A stretch of DNA of 64,000 nt from Burkholderiales bacterium (GTDB taxonomy: Bacteria; Pseudomonadota; Gammaproteobacteria; Burkholderiales; SG8-39): NCBI GenBank assembly GCA_014860355.1, contig JACZJV010000062.1, forward strand, positions 759 through 64,758, written 5' to 3'. A program made the translations under genes and the position numbers. Shown piece by piece: positions 1-10,052 of this stretch. The notes beneath the pieces were generated by a model that did not search any database, was not told where the DNA came from, and saw nothing but the letters and a program-made list of their open reading frames with translations. Within the stretch, counting starts at the first letter, position 1; the number at the start of each line of letters is the position of its first letter.

Positions 1-1
1 G

Positions 2-286
2 GAAGCGTTCGACGACAGCGAACAGCTGCGCGACCTCAACACGCCGGAGAATGTGCTGATGAGCAAACAGATCGCACAATCCGTGAACCAAAGCATGGAT
101 CGGCTGCCTGAAGAACTGAAGGCGGCGATAATGCTGCGCGAGATCGAAGGCATGAGCTACGAAGATATCGCGAAGATAATGGATTGCCCGATCGGCACGG
201 TGCGCTCCCGCATATTCCGTGCACGCGAAGCGATCGCGGAACAGCTGCGGCCGCTGCTGGATATATCCAAAGAAAAGAGATGGTGA
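2..286 (+). CDS. rpoE: RNA polymerase sigma factor RpoE, C-terminal part (truncated by window start)
   Basis: Open frame from base 2; LPEELKAAIMLREIEGMSYEDIAKIMDCPIGTVRSRIFRAREAI is the sigma region 4 signature; followed by rseA/rseB/degP. Confidence 0.95.
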   Translation, partial: EAFDDSEQLRDLNTPENVLMSKQIAQSVNQSMDRLPEELKAAIMLREIEGMSYEDIAKIMDCPIGTVRSRIFRAREAIAEQLRPLLDISKEKRW

Positions 287-290
287 TGCC

Positions 291-788
291 ATGAAAGAGA
301 CTTTGTCCGCGTGGATCGACGACGAGTTGAGCGACCAACAGGCCGGCCAGCTTCCAGCGCAACTCAAGCGCGATGGTGAGCTGCGCCGCAGCTGGGACTG
401 CTACCACCTGATCGGAGACAGCCTGCGCGGCATCCAGGGTCCGGACTTGTGCGCGCAGATTCGCGCCCGGCTCGATGCCGAGCCCACGGTGCTGGCGCCG
501 CAGCGCCGCAGCAAGCCTGAAAAGCTGCGCTGGGCCGCCTTGTCGATGGCGGCGAGCGTGGCCGCAGTGGCTTTCGTCGGCTGGATGGCTCTTCCCGGCA
601 CACAGCAGGATTCCTTGCGGCTTGCTTCGGCTCCGGCGCGCGAGGTCCGGCTGGTCGCAACGGCGGCGGGCGAGGGGGCCAAGGACTACCTGCTTGCACA
701 CCAGCGCTATTCGCCGAGCAGCGCCATGCAGGGCGTCGCCCCCTATGTGCGCACCGTGGCCGCAAGCCGGGCAAGCACGCGTCGATGA
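291..788 (+). CDS. rseA: Anti-sigma-E factor RseA (MucA-like)
   Basis: MKETLSAWIDDELSDQQAGQLPAQL... then a single TM segment; located between rpoE and rseB. Confidence 0.88.
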   Translation: MKETLSAWIDDELSDQQAGQLPAQLKRDGELRRSWDCYHLIGDSLRGIQGPDLCAQIRARLDAEPTVLAPQRRSKPEKLRWAALSMAASVAAVAFVGWMALPGTQQDSLRLASAPAREVRLVATAAGEGAKDYLLAHQRYSPSSAMQGVAPYVRTVAASRASTRR

Positions 789-1741
789 GATTCCTGGCGG
801 TGCTGTTGCTCGCGCTGCTGGCACAGGCAGTGCGGGCGGAAGAACCTGCGCTGTCGTGGCTGCAGCGCATGCATGTAGCAACGCAAACGCTCAGCTACAC
901 GGGAACATTCGTCTACCGCAGCGGCGAGCAGTCCGAAACGTCGCGCATCGTGCACGTGGTGGGCCGGAACGGAATACGCGAACGGCTGGAGACGCTGGAC
1001 GGCTATCCGCGCGAAATCGTGCGCGACGGCGACGAAGTGAAGTGCTACCTGCCGGACCGCATGACGGTAAAAGTCGACAAGCAGACGGATCACAAGATCT
1101 TTCCGGGATTGTTGCCGGAAAACCTGCAGGACATCAGCGCGCATTACGACCTCAGTACAGGCGCGGTCGAGCGCGTCGCAGGCTACGATTCCCGGGCTAT
1201 AATGCTGCAGCCGAGAGACAAGCTGCGATACGGCCGCAAATTATGGGCCGACATGAAAACCGGTATGCTGCTCAAATCCCAGACTTTCAACGAGGAGAAC
1301 GAACCGATCGAGCAGTTCGCTTTCACCGAGATCAGCATCGGCGGCAAGATCGACGACGAACAACTCAAACCCCGGCTCCTGGCCAGGGCGCGTGTCTGGC
1401 ATATAGAGAATTCGGCTGCCGTGGCGGCCAAGCTCTCGGTATCCGGCTGGAGCATAAAAGCGGAGCTTCCGGGATTCAAGAAAGTGACCGAGATGAAGCG
1501 CACCCAGGGCGGATCGGCCAAAGTCGGGCACGTGATCTACTCCGACGGGCTTGCCGCCATATCGGTGTTCATCGAGCCTATGTCCAACAAGACCTCGCTG
1601 CCGCCACCCGGGCTTTCGCGCCAGGGCGCGATCAACATCTACAGCCGGCAGGTCGCGGGTCATCTGGTAACCGTGGTCGGTGAGACACCTGCCGACAGCG
1701 TAAGGACGCTGGCCGAATCGGTGGAGTTCCGCACGCCGTGA
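785..1741 (+). CDS. rseB: Sigma-E regulatory protein RseB/MucB
   Basis: Signal peptide and MucB/RseB-like sequence (LSWLQRMHVATQTLSYTGTFVYRSGEQSETSRIVHVV); overlaps the rseA stop. Confidence 0.93.
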   Translation: MRFLAVLLLALLAQAVRAEEPALSWLQRMHVATQTLSYTGTFVYRSGEQSETSRIVHVVGRNGIRERLETLDGYPREIVRDGDEVKCYLPDRMTVKVDKQTDHKIFPGLLPENLQDISAHYDLSTGAVERVAGYDSRAIMLQPRDKLRYGRKLWADMKTGMLLKSQTFNEENEPIEQFAFTEISIGGKIDDEQLKPRLLARARVWHIENSAAVAAKLSVSGWSIKAELPGFKKVTEMKRTQGGSAKVGHVIYSDGLAAISVFIEPMSNKTSLPPPGLSRQGAINIYSRQVAGHLVTVVGETPADSVRTLAESVEFRTP

Positions 1742-1821
1742 TGAATTGCGCGCGGCCGCCGCAGGCCTGTGCCGGAAAAAATCCGTAATACTCCGCGAAA
1801 CGCAAATTAAGGGACGTAACG

Positions 1822-3234
1822 ATGCGAAAAATATTGAGTCTATGGCTGCTGGTGCTGCTTCCGCTAGGTGCCTATGGCCAGGTGCGCGAATTGCCGGATT
1901 TCACCGAACTGGTGGAACAACAGGGTCCGGCAGTGGTCAACATCAGCACCGCGCAGAACCAGCGCGCACATCCGCAGATCCCGCAGATGCCGAATCTGGA
2001 AGAGGACGATCCGTTCTTCGAGTTCTTTCGCCGCTTCATGCCGCAGAATCCCGGCCAGGCGCCGCGCGAGTTTTCTACCCGCTCGCTGGGTTCGGGATTC
2101 ATCATCAGCGCGGACGGCTACATTCTCACCAACGCCCACGTAGTCGACGGCGCCGATGAAATCACGGTGCGCCTCATCGACAAGCGCGAATTCAAGGCCA
2201 AGGTCATCGGCGCGGACAAGCGCACCGACGTGGCCCTGATCAGGATCGACGCGAGCGGACTGCCGGTGGTCAAGCTGGGCGATCCGAACAAGCTCAAAGT
2301 CGGAGAATGGGTGCTCGCGATCGGTTCGCCCTTCGGTTTCGACAACACCGTTACCGCCGGCATAGTCAGCGGCAAGGCGCGCTCGCTGCCGCAGGAAAAC
2401 CTGGTGCCTTTCATCCAGACGGACGCAGCCGTAAACCCCGGAAATTCAGGCGGCCCCCTGTTCAACCTGCGCGGCGAGGTTGTCGGCATCAATTCGCAGA
2501 TCTACAGCCGGACCGGTGGCTACATGGGACTGTCGTTCGCCATCCCCATCGACATCGCGCTGGATGTGCAGAGCCAGCTGCGCAGCACCGGGCGCGTCAG
2601 CCGCGGCCGCATCGGCGTGGTGATCCAGGAAGTCACCAGGGAACTGGCGGATTCCTTCGGCCTGGCCGTAGCGCATGGCGCCCTGGTCAACGCGGTGGAA
2701 CGCGGCGGCCCGGCGGACAAGGCGGGAGTCGAGGTGAGCGACATCATCATCACTTTCGACGGCAAGAAAGTTGCAAGCTCGAGCGAACTCCCGCGCATAG
2801 TCGGCGCCACCCGCCCGGGCAGCAAGGTGGGCATGCAGGTATGGCGCAAAGGCGAGACCAGGGATCTGACGGTAACCGTAGGGGAGATCCCGACGGACAA
2901 GGTCGCAGGCGGCGAAAGCAAGCGCGCCAAGCCCGTAGAGGCGGTGGCCAACCGGCTGGGGCTGGTCCTGACGGACCTGTCGGCCGATCAGCGCAAGGAA
3001 CTGAAGATCGAGAGCGGCGTGCTGGTGGACGACGTGCGCGGCCAGCCACGCGGCGACCTGCGCAAAGGCGACATCATCCTGGCGCTAATCCACAAGGGCA
3101 CCAATACCGAGGCCAAGAGCGTAGCGCAGTTCAACAAGGCGCTGAACGCCATCGACAAATCGGTCACCATCACCTTGCACGTGCGCCGCGGTGAAAACCA
3201 GAGCTTCATCACCATCAAGGGCGTCAACGAGTGA
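1822..3234 (+). CDS. degP: Periplasmic serine endoprotease DegP/MucD family (Do-like)
   Basis: Trypsin-like catalytic motifs TNAHVV, DVALIRID and AAVNPGNSGGPLF, plus two PDZ-like regions. Confidence 0.95.
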   Translation: MRKILSLWLLVLLPLGAYGQVRELPDFTELVEQQGPAVVNISTAQNQRAHPQIPQMPNLEEDDPFFEFFRRFMPQNPGQAPREFSTRSLGSGFIISADGYILTNAHVVDGADEITVRLIDKREFKAKVIGADKRTDVALIRIDASGLPVVKLGDPNKLKVGEWVLAIGSPFGFDNTVTAGIVSGKARSLPQENLVPFIQTDAAVNPGNSGGPLFNLRGEVVGINSQIYSRTGGYMGLSFAIPIDIALDVQSQLRSTGRVSRGRIGVVIQEVTRELADSFGLAVAHGALVNAVERGGPADKAGVEVSDIIITFDGKKVASSSELPRIVGATRPGSKVGMQVWRKGETRDLTVTVGEIPTDKVAGGESKRAKPVEAVANRLGLVLTDLSADQRKELKIESGVLVDDVRGQPRGDLRKGDIILALIHKGTNTEAKSVAQFNKALNAIDKSVTITLHVRRGENQSFITIKGVNE

Positions 3235-3247
3235 CGTTCCGGCAGTG

Positions 3248-3520
3248 ATGCCATCGAGCGGCGTGGACGAGGCGCGTAAGCTGCAGCTCAAGCTCTACGG
3301 CCGAAGCTACTGTCACCTGTGCGACGAGATGCTCGCCGCCCTGGCGCCCTTGCGCGAGGAGTTTGGCTTCACCATTGAGCTCGTCGACGTAGACGCCGAT
3401 GCGGCCCTGGAGCAGCGCTTCGGCATCCTCGTGCCCGTGTTGATGCACGCGGACACCGAACTGTGTCACTATCATCTGGACGCCGCCATAGTCCGGGCCT
3501 ACCTGGCCAAGCTGAGCTGA
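3248..3520 (+). CDS. Glutaredoxin-like protein (DUF836 type)
   Basis: LKLYGRSYCHLCDEMLAAL motif with CxxC; short ORF after degP. Confidence 0.8.
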   Translation: MPSSGVDEARKLQLKLYGRSYCHLCDEMLAALAPLREEFGFTIELVDVDADAALEQRFGILVPVLMHADTELCHYHLDAAIVRAYLAKLS

Positions 3521-3653
3521 CGATAGTCGAACGCCTGCGATGTGCGCGCCCATGCTTGCGCGCGTGCCCGGGCATTTGCCCGTCGCCTTCCGGCGAGTGT
3601 AGCGTTGCATCCCCAGGGCCCCGTTCTGGACGGCGGCTTATGTAGACGATCAG

Positions 3654-5678
3654 ATGGATCCAAACCCCAGGCACCTGTCCGCGCGGCATGGGTCAGCAAA
3701 CCTGACCCTGAGATCCGACATTCAAAGCCTGCGCGCACTGGCTGTTGCGCTGGTGGTCGCCGCGCATGCGCATGTGCCCGGTCTGTCGGGCGGATATGTT
3801 GGCGTGGACGTGTTTTTTGTGCTCTCCGGCTATTTGATCTCCGGGCTGATCCTGCGCGAGATCGAATCCACCGGGCAATTCGATCCCGGGCGGTTTTATG
3901 CCAAACGCCTCAAACGCCTGCTTCCCGCAATGCTCCTGGTATATGTATGCACGGCAATCGTGGCGCGGTTCGTCGTCAGCCCGCAACAACAGGCAAGCGA
4001 TTCCGCGGCAGGGCAGGCCGCCATGGTTTGGCTGAGCAACTTTTACTTTTCATCGCTCACGATCGATTATTTTTCGACTGGCGAGAACGGTAATCTATTC
4101 ATCCATACCTGGTCGCTCGCCGTCGAGGAGCAGTTCTATCTCATCTGGCCCTGGCTGCTCATGTTCTTGTACGGGTACTGGAAGTGGCAAGGGGTGCCGG
4201 CAAATCATGCCTCAACCGATCACAGGCGCCTGGCATATGGCTTGGGAATCGTGGCGGCTATTTCGCTGCTGCTATGCGCTTACCTGGCATATCGCCACGT
4301 CGAGGACGGGTTCTACCTGATGCCCGGCCGGGTCTGGGAATTCGCCCTTGGTGCCTTGTCGTTTCTGCTGAGACGCGCAGCCGAGGAGGGTCGTGCCGCG
4401 TGGCTGGAGCGCTTGCGCGGGCGATCCTTGTTGAACGCTGTGGGCTGGCTGTCCATCCTGCTGGCAGCGGTGGCCTATGGCGATGCGCTGCGCTACCCGG
4501 GGTTTTGGGCACTGCTACCATGCATGGGCGCCGTGCTGGTATTGCTCGACGCACCCCAGAAATCGCCTGAAAGCCGCGTATCGCGCCTGATGCTGCGCGC
4601 CTCGCCGCTGCAGTTCATCGGCAATGTTTCCTATGGCCTTTACCTGTGGCATTGGCCGGTTTTGATCCTCGGGGCGCAACTGTTCGGAAGCGGGGCGCTG
4701 ACTAACCTCGGTTTGGTAAGCTTGTGCGTGGGCCTGGCCGCCGCGACCTATTTTGCGGCCGAAAACCCCATCCATCGCGCGCCCTTGCGCAACGTTGCCA
4801 AGGTTCTGATCCTGTCGGTATCGGGCATGGCCCTGGGATTCCTGGTCATGTGGACATGGCAAAGAGAGGCAGCAGCTCAGTTGAAAATGCCCGAACTGGC
4901 GAAAATTCAGGCGGCAAAATTCGACCTTCCGAATGTCTATTCCCTGGATTGCGATACCTGGCATCACAGCGCGGAGCTTTCTGCCTGCGCTTACGGGCCG
5001 GAAAATGCCAGCCACACGGCCATAATGTTCGGTGACAGCGTGCTGGTGCAATGGTTTCCCGCAATCTCCGACATCTACCTGCGCAAACCGGGCTGGCGGC
5101 TGATCGTGCTGACAAAATCAGCTTGCCCGGCCTCGCAGGTGAGTTTCTACTATGAGCGGATCAAGGCCACCTATGAAGTATGCGATCTCTGGCGCCAGCG
5201 CGCGCTGGGCTACATAGAGCAATTGCGCCCGGAGGTGCTCATCATGGGCTCAAACGATTATGGTTTCAGCGCCGATCAATGGATCACGGGAACACGGGCG
5301 GTGCTGGACCGCTTGAGTCCGGCGACTCACACCGTGTTTATCATGAGTCCGACTCCGACCCTGGGCTTCGACGGCCCGAACTGCCTTTCGACGGAGGCCA
5401 ACCTGCCGCATTGGTCTCCTCGATACGGTCGTTGCGAGACCAGGCTCAAATCACCGGCCGGTCAATCCATACTCCGGATACTGAGCCGGGCGGCATCACC
5501 TTACCAGAACGTGCATGTAATCGACCTGAGCGATTCAGTGTGCCCGGACGGACTGTGCAAAGCCCGCTTCCAGGCAGGAATACGCTTTCGCGATGGAAAA
5601 CACCTGACCGCGTCCTTTGTTCGGTCCATGGCGCCAGCGCTTGAGCGTGCCTTGGGGCTCGCCGGCGAGCCGCGGTAG
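3654..5678 (+). CDS. Acyltransferase-3 family protein with C-terminal SGNH-like domain (OafA/YrhL type, polysaccharide O-acetyltransferase)
   Basis: LRSDIQSLRALAVALVVAAHAHVPGLSGGYVGVDVFFVLSGYLISGLI N-terminal signature, multiple TM segments, C-terminal GDSVLVQWFP (SGNH block). Confidence 0.92.
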   Translation: MDPNPRHLSARHGSANLTLRSDIQSLRALAVALVVAAHAHVPGLSGGYVGVDVFFVLSGYLISGLILREIESTGQFDPGRFYAKRLKRLLPAMLLVYVCTAIVARFVVSPQQQASDSAAGQAAMVWLSNFYFSSLTIDYFSTGENGNLFIHTWSLAVEEQFYLIWPWLLMFLYGYWKWQGVPANHASTDHRRLAYGLGIVAAISLLLCAYLAYRHVEDGFYLMPGRVWEFALGALSFLLRRAAEEGRAAWLERLRGRSLLNAVGWLSILLAAVAYGDALRYPGFWALLPCMGAVLVLLDAPQKSPESRVSRLMLRASPLQFIGNVSYGLYLWHWPVLILGAQLFGSGALTNLGLVSLCVGLAAATYFAAENPIHRAPLRNVAKVLILSVSGMALGFLVMWTWQREAAAQLKMPELAKIQAAKFDLPNVYSLDCDTWHHSAELSACAYGPENASHTAIMFGDSVLVQWFPAISDIYLRKPGWRLIVLTKSACPASQVSFYYERIKATYEVCDLWRQRALGYIEQLRPEVLIMGSNDYGFSADQWITGTRAVLDRLSPATHTVFIMSPTPTLGFDGPNCLSTEANLPHWSPRYGRCETRLKSPAGQSILRILSRAASPYQNVHVIDLSDSVCPDGLCKARFQAGIRFRDGKHLTASFVRSMAPALERALGLAGEPR

Positions 5679-5719
5679 ACCAGGGACCGGCGGGCGGCGG
5701 CCGCCAGTCCAAGCGGACA

Positions 5720-5888
5720 GCGGAGACTCGCCGGGTGAAAACCGGCTTTGCACGCCGCGCAGTCGAAAGCGATGGCGGCAGTGTTTCCCGCCGGACGGGG
5801 TCGCCTCAAGGTATAATCGGGCACCGTCCGTGAGTTTGTATGCCTTCGCGCTTTTCCCGGCCTGCGCCACTTCGATTCTCGTGAGCAT
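5720..5888 (-). pseudogene. Vestigial tyrosine recombinase (P4-type integrase) N-terminal arm-binding domain (DUF4102-like)
   Basis: Minus-strand MLTRIEVAQAGKSAKAYKLTDGARLYLEATPSGGKHCRHRFRLRG resembles the integrase start MLTDxEIxxAKPxDKPYKLTDGGGLYLxVTPSGGKxWRxRYR; AAGGAGG ribosome site upstream; no catalytic domain follows. Confidence 0.62.
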
Positions 5889-6092
5889 GGGTACTCCCTC
5901 CTTAGGAATTCGGCAGTGACGAATGGTGGACAGCCTTGCGTTTCGCATGGTTGGCGGCAGGATGCGGACAGGTTTTTTTGGCCTGGTTGCGTCACGCCCG
6001 CGATTTGCTGCGATTGCGTGTTGCGCCTTGGTGCGAACGGTGAAAGACTTTTTTATCAAAAAAGCGTGTCAGGTATAGCGATACAAATCTAG

Positions 6093-7880
6093 ATGCAGCA
6101 CATCCGCAATTTTTCCATTATCGCCCACATCGATCACGGCAAATCGACGCTGGCCGATCGCTTCATCCAGTTGTGCGGCGGTTTGTCGGACCGCGAAATG
6201 GAGGCGCAGGTGCTCGATTCCATGGACCTGGAGCGCGAGCGCGGCATCACCATCAAGGCGCAGACGGCGGCGCTGCAGTATAAGGCGCGCGATGGGCAGA
6301 TCTATAACCTCAATCTGATCGATACCCCGGGGCACGTCGATTTTTCCTACGAAGTGTCGCGCTCGCTCGCCGCCTGCGAGGGTGCGGTGCTCGTGGTCGA
6401 CGCCTCGCAGGGCGTGGAAGCGCAGACCGTGGCCAATTGCTATACCGCGATCGAGCAGGGCGTCGAAGTGGTGCCGGTGTTGAACAAGATCGACCTGCCT
6501 TCGGCTGATCCGGAGGGCGCGATAGGCGAGATCGAGGACGTGATCGGCATCGACGCCAAGGATGCGCTGCGCGTCAGCGCCAAGACCGGCGAGGGCGTGC
6601 AGGACATACTCGAAGCGGTGATCGCGCGCATACCGGCGCCCAAGGGCGACCCCGATGCGCCGCTGAAGGCGCTCATCATCGATTCCTGGTTCGACAACTA
6701 CGTCGGCGTGGTCATGCTGGTGCGGATGATGGACGGCACGCTGCGCCCGAAGGACAAGATCCTGCTCATGTCCGCCGGCACCTCGCACCTGTGCGAGCAG
6801 GTTGGCGTGTTCACCCCCAAGTCGCAGGCGCGCAAACAGCTGCTCGCGGGCGAGGTGGGCTTCATCATCTCCGGCATCAAGGAGTTGCAGGCAGCCAAGG
6901 TGGGTGACACCGTCACCCTGCTGGAGCGCCCCGCGAGCGCGCCGCTGCCCGGCTTCAAGGTGATCAAGCCGCAGGTCTTCGCCGGCCTGTATCCGGTCGA
7001 GGCGAACCAGTACGACGACCTGCGCGATGCGCTGAACAAGCTGAAACTCAACGACGCCTCGCTGCAATACGAGCCGGAGGTGTCGCAGGCGCTCGGCTTC
7101 GGCTTTCGCTGCGGCTTTCTCGGCCTGCTGCATATGGACATCGTGCAGGAGCGGCTGGAGCGCGAGTACGACCAGAATCTGATCACGACCGCGCCGACGG
7201 TCGTGTACGAGGTGCAGATGCGCGACGGCACGCTGGAGCGGGTGGAGAATCCTGCCAAGATGCCGGACCTGTCACGGATCGAGGAGATACGCGAACCCAT
7301 CATTACCTCGACGATCTTCGTGCCGCAGGAACACGTCGGCGCGATCATGACGCTGTGCACGCAGAAACGCGGAGTGCAGAAGAACATGCAATACACCGGG
7401 CGGCACGTGATGCTGACCTACGAGCTGCCGCTCTCCGAAGTGGTGATGGATTTCTTCGACAAGCTCAAGTCGGCCAGCCGCGGCTACGCCTCGCTCGATT
7501 ACGAATTCAAGGAGTACCGCGCCGCCGACGTGGTGAAGCTGGATATCCTCATCAACGGCGATCGCGTGGACGCACTGTCGCTGATGGTGCATCGGGACAA
7601 CAGTCGTTACCGCGGGCGCGAGTTGGTATCGCGCATGCGCAAGCTGATCCCGCGGCAGATGTTCGACGTTGCGGTGCAAGCGGCGATCGGCGCCAACATC
7701 ATTGCGCGCGAGAACGTTTCGGCGCTGCGCAAGAACGTGCTGGCAAAATGCTACGGTGGCGACATCACGCGCAAGAAGAAACTGCTGGAGAAGCAAAAAG
7801 CCGGCAAGAAACGCATGAAACAGGTGGGCAACGTGGAAATCCCGCAGGAGGCCTTTCTTGCCATTTTGCAGGTGGATTAG
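6093..7880 (+). CDS. lepA: Elongation factor 4 (LepA)
   Basis: [23 protein letters not shown]; GTPase motifs; 595 aa. Confidence 0.98.
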   Translation: MQHIRNFSIIAHIDHGKSTLADRFIQLCGGLSDREMEAQVLDSMDLERERGITIKAQTAALQYKARDGQIYNLNLIDTPGHVDFSYEVSRSLAACEGAVLVVDASQGVEAQTVANCYTAIEQGVEVVPVLNKIDLPSADPEGAIGEIEDVIGIDAKDALRVSAKTGEGVQDILEAVIARIPAPKGDPDAPLKALIIDSWFDNYVGVVMLVRMMDGTLRPKDKILLMSAGTSHLCEQVGVFTPKSQARKQLLAGEVGFIISGIKELQAAKVGDTVTLLERPASAPLPGFKVIKPQVFAGLYPVEANQYDDLRDALNKLKLNDASLQYEPEVSQALGFGFRCGFLGLLHMDIVQERLEREYDQNLITTAPTVVYEVQMRDGTLERVENPAKMPDLSRIEEIREPIITSTIFVPQEHVGAIMTLCTQKRGVQKNMQYTGRHVMLTYELPLSEVVMDFFDKLKSASRGYASLDYEFKEYRAADVVKLDILINGDRVDALSLMVHRDNSRYRGRELVSRMRKLIPRQMFDVAVQAAIGANIIARENVSALRKNVLAKCYGGDITRKKKLLEKQKAGKKRMKQVGNVEIPQEAFLAILQVD

Positions 7881-7941
7881 TTGTTCATACCGTCGGCCTG
7901 CCAGGAGCGGCCATTGCGCGCTCGCGTGCGCCAACCATGTA

Positions 7942-8125
7942 TTTGGTACGGATGGAAAGCGTATCCATACCAAAAAGTTCATTATGAATATTGGCAATTG
8001 CAGCTTGGGTTTGCTCTTATCCAAGATCGCCGATCGCGTATGGACGGCTTTTCGTCCGTGCGCCATCGGCGATCCGCGCGGACGGGCCGCCGTCCGCGCA
8101 AGTGCGGACAATCTTTCGTCCGCGC
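7942..8125. repeat. Cluster of four inverted repeats/hairpins in the lepA-lepB intergenic region
   Basis: IRs at 7942-7974 (tttggtacggat/atccataccaaa), 8025-8074 (22-nt arms, 3 mismatches), 8076-8099 (gcgcggacg/cgtccgcgc) and 8102-8125 (gtgcggac/gtccgcgc). Confidence 0.8.
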
Positions 8126-8185
8126 AGCATCGTAACTCTGTAACAATGAGCGGCGCGATTTAGGGCGTTACTCGCGGGAATACAT

Positions 8186-8974
8186 ATGAATTTTGCACTG
8201 CTGCTTTTCATTCTTCTGCTCGTCACCGGCATCTTCTCCGCCATGGACGCGGTCTATTTTGCCAAGCGCCGCGCCGCCGGCGAGAGGGAGCCATGGTGGA
8301 TCGAATATCCGAAGAGTTTCTTCCCGGTCATTCTGATCGTATTCCTGCTGCGTTCGTTCCTGGTGGAACCATTCAAGATTCCTTCCGGGTCGATGATTCC
8401 GACTTTGCTGGTGGGTGATTTCATCCTGGTCAACAAATACACCTACGGCATCCGCCTGCCGGTGATCAACAAGAAGGTCATCGACATCGGCGAGCCCCAG
8501 CGCGGCGACGTCATGGTATTCCGCTACCCTGAGGATCCGTCGGTCGACTACATCAAGCGCGTCGTCGGCCTGCCCGGAGACAAGATCGCCTACGAGGGCA
8601 AGCGGCTCTTCATCAACGGCCTGGAAGTACCGCTGCAGGACGCAGGCGATTATCTGCTCAAGGACAAGATCCAGTACCTGAAACAGTACACCGAGACGCT
8701 GGGCAAGATCGAACACCCTATCCTGCTCGACCGGAGCGAACCCAACGCCATGCCCTATGTAAAACAGTTCCCCCACCGGGAAAATTGCATTTACAATAAT
8801 AAGGGGTTGAAGTGCACGGTCCCGCCGGGCAGCTATTTCATGATGGGCGACAATCGCGACAACAGCAGCGACAGCCGGGTATGGGGTTTCGTGCCCGAAG
8901 CAAATATCGTCGGCAAAGCCTTTTTCATCTGGTTCAATTTCAGCGAGCTGAAGCGCTTCGGAAGTTTCAATTGA
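8186..8974 (+). CDS. lepB: Signal peptidase I
   Basis: SGSMIPTLLVGDFILVNKYTYG and GDNRDNSSDSRVWG motifs. Confidence 0.97.
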   Translation: MNFALLLFILLLVTGIFSAMDAVYFAKRRAAGEREPWWIEYPKSFFPVILIVFLLRSFLVEPFKIPSGSMIPTLLVGDFILVNKYTYGIRLPVINKKVIDIGEPQRGDVMVFRYPEDPSVDYIKRVVGLPGDKIAYEGKRLFINGLEVPLQDAGDYLLKDKIQYLKQYTETLGKIEHPILLDRSEPNAMPYVKQFPHRENCIYNNKGLKCTVPPGSYFMMGDNRDNSSDSRVWGFVPEANIVGKAFFIWFNFSELKRFGSFN

Positions 8975-8988
8975 GGAGCCACGCAACT

Positions 8989-9360
8989 ATGCGCAACAAG
9001 CAACGCGGTGTCAGTTTTCCGGTGATCTTCCTGATCGGCGTCGTGCTCGCGCTGGCTGCAGTGGGTGCGATGAAGGTCTTGCCCGCCTATATGGACTACG
9101 CGACCGCCAGAAAAGCAATCATCGCGATAGCAGCAAGCGAAGGCCGCGCCGGCAGCGTCAGTGAAGTGCGCAAGGCTTTCGAACGCCGCGCCACCGTCGA
9201 CAACATTACGGTCGTGAATGCCGGGGAACTCGATATCAGCAAGGAGGGCGGCGACCTCGTGATCTCCTTCGAGTACGCGCAGAAGATCCCCCTGTTCGCC
9301 AATGTGTCGCTGTTAATCGACTTTTCCGCCAGCACCTCTGGCAAATCGGACACAGAGTAG
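8989..9360 (+). CDS. DUF4845 family protein
   Basis: [37 protein letters not shown]; located between lepB and rnc. Confidence 0.8.
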   Translation: MRNKQRGVSFPVIFLIGVVLALAAVGAMKVLPAYMDYATARKAIIAIAASEGRAGSVSEVRKAFERRATVDNITVVNAGELDISKEGGDLVISFEYAQKIPLFANVSLLIDFSASTSGKSDTE

Positions 9361-9383
9361 CTGCGTTCCATGCCCTGTGCGTG

Positions 9384-10052
9384 ATGGACTACGGGCCGCT
9401 ACAGCGTAAGCTGGGTTACAGCTTCGTGCAGGCGCCCCTGCTGCAACAGGCGCTGACCCACCGCAGCCACAGCACGCAGCATAACGAGCGCGTAGAGTTC
9501 CTCGGCGACAGCGTGCTCAATTGCTGCATCGCGCATGAACTGTACCAGCGCTTCGCCGATCTGAAGGAAGGCGAGCTGTCGCGCCTGCGCGCCAACCTGG
9601 TGCGGCAGGAAACCCTGGCCGAACTGGCGCAGGAACTGGAACTGGGAAGCTATCTGCGTCTGGGCGAAGGCGAGTTGAGGAGCGGGGGTTTCCGCCGTCC
9701 CTCGATCCTGGCGGACGGCCTGGAAGCGCTGTTTGGCGCGGTTTTTCTGGACGGCGGCTTTGCGGCGGCGCAGGGCGTGGTTCGCGCCCGCTATGCATCC
9801 CTGCTGGAACACATGGATCCGCAAACCCTGGGCAAGGATCCCAAGACCCTGCTGCAGGAGCTGCTGCAGGCGCGCAGGCTCCCCCTGCCGCAGTATGCGG
9901 TGGTCGGGACCAAGGGTGCCGCGCATCAACAGCTGTTTCAGGTGGAATGCCAGATTCCGCAGCTGGCGATCCGCACCGTCGGCTTTGGCGCCAGCCGGCG
10001 CATCGCCGAACAGGAAGCGGCGCAGCTTGCCTACGGGCAGATGCACAAATGA
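9384..10052 (+). CDS. rnc: Ribonuclease III
   Basis: [13 protein letters not shown] signature motif and C-terminal dsRBD; start may be GTG 9381 or ATG 9384. Confidence 0.96.
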   Translation: MDYGPLQRKLGYSFVQAPLLQQALTHRSHSTQHNERVEFLGDSVLNCCIAHELYQRFADLKEGELSRLRANLVRQETLAELAQELELGSYLRLGEGELRSGGFRRPSILADGLEALFGAVFLDGGFAAAQGVVRARYASLLEHMDPQTLGKDPKTLLQELLQARRLPLPQYAVVGTKGAAHQQLFQVECQIPQLAIRTVGFGASRRIAEQEAAQLAYGQMHK

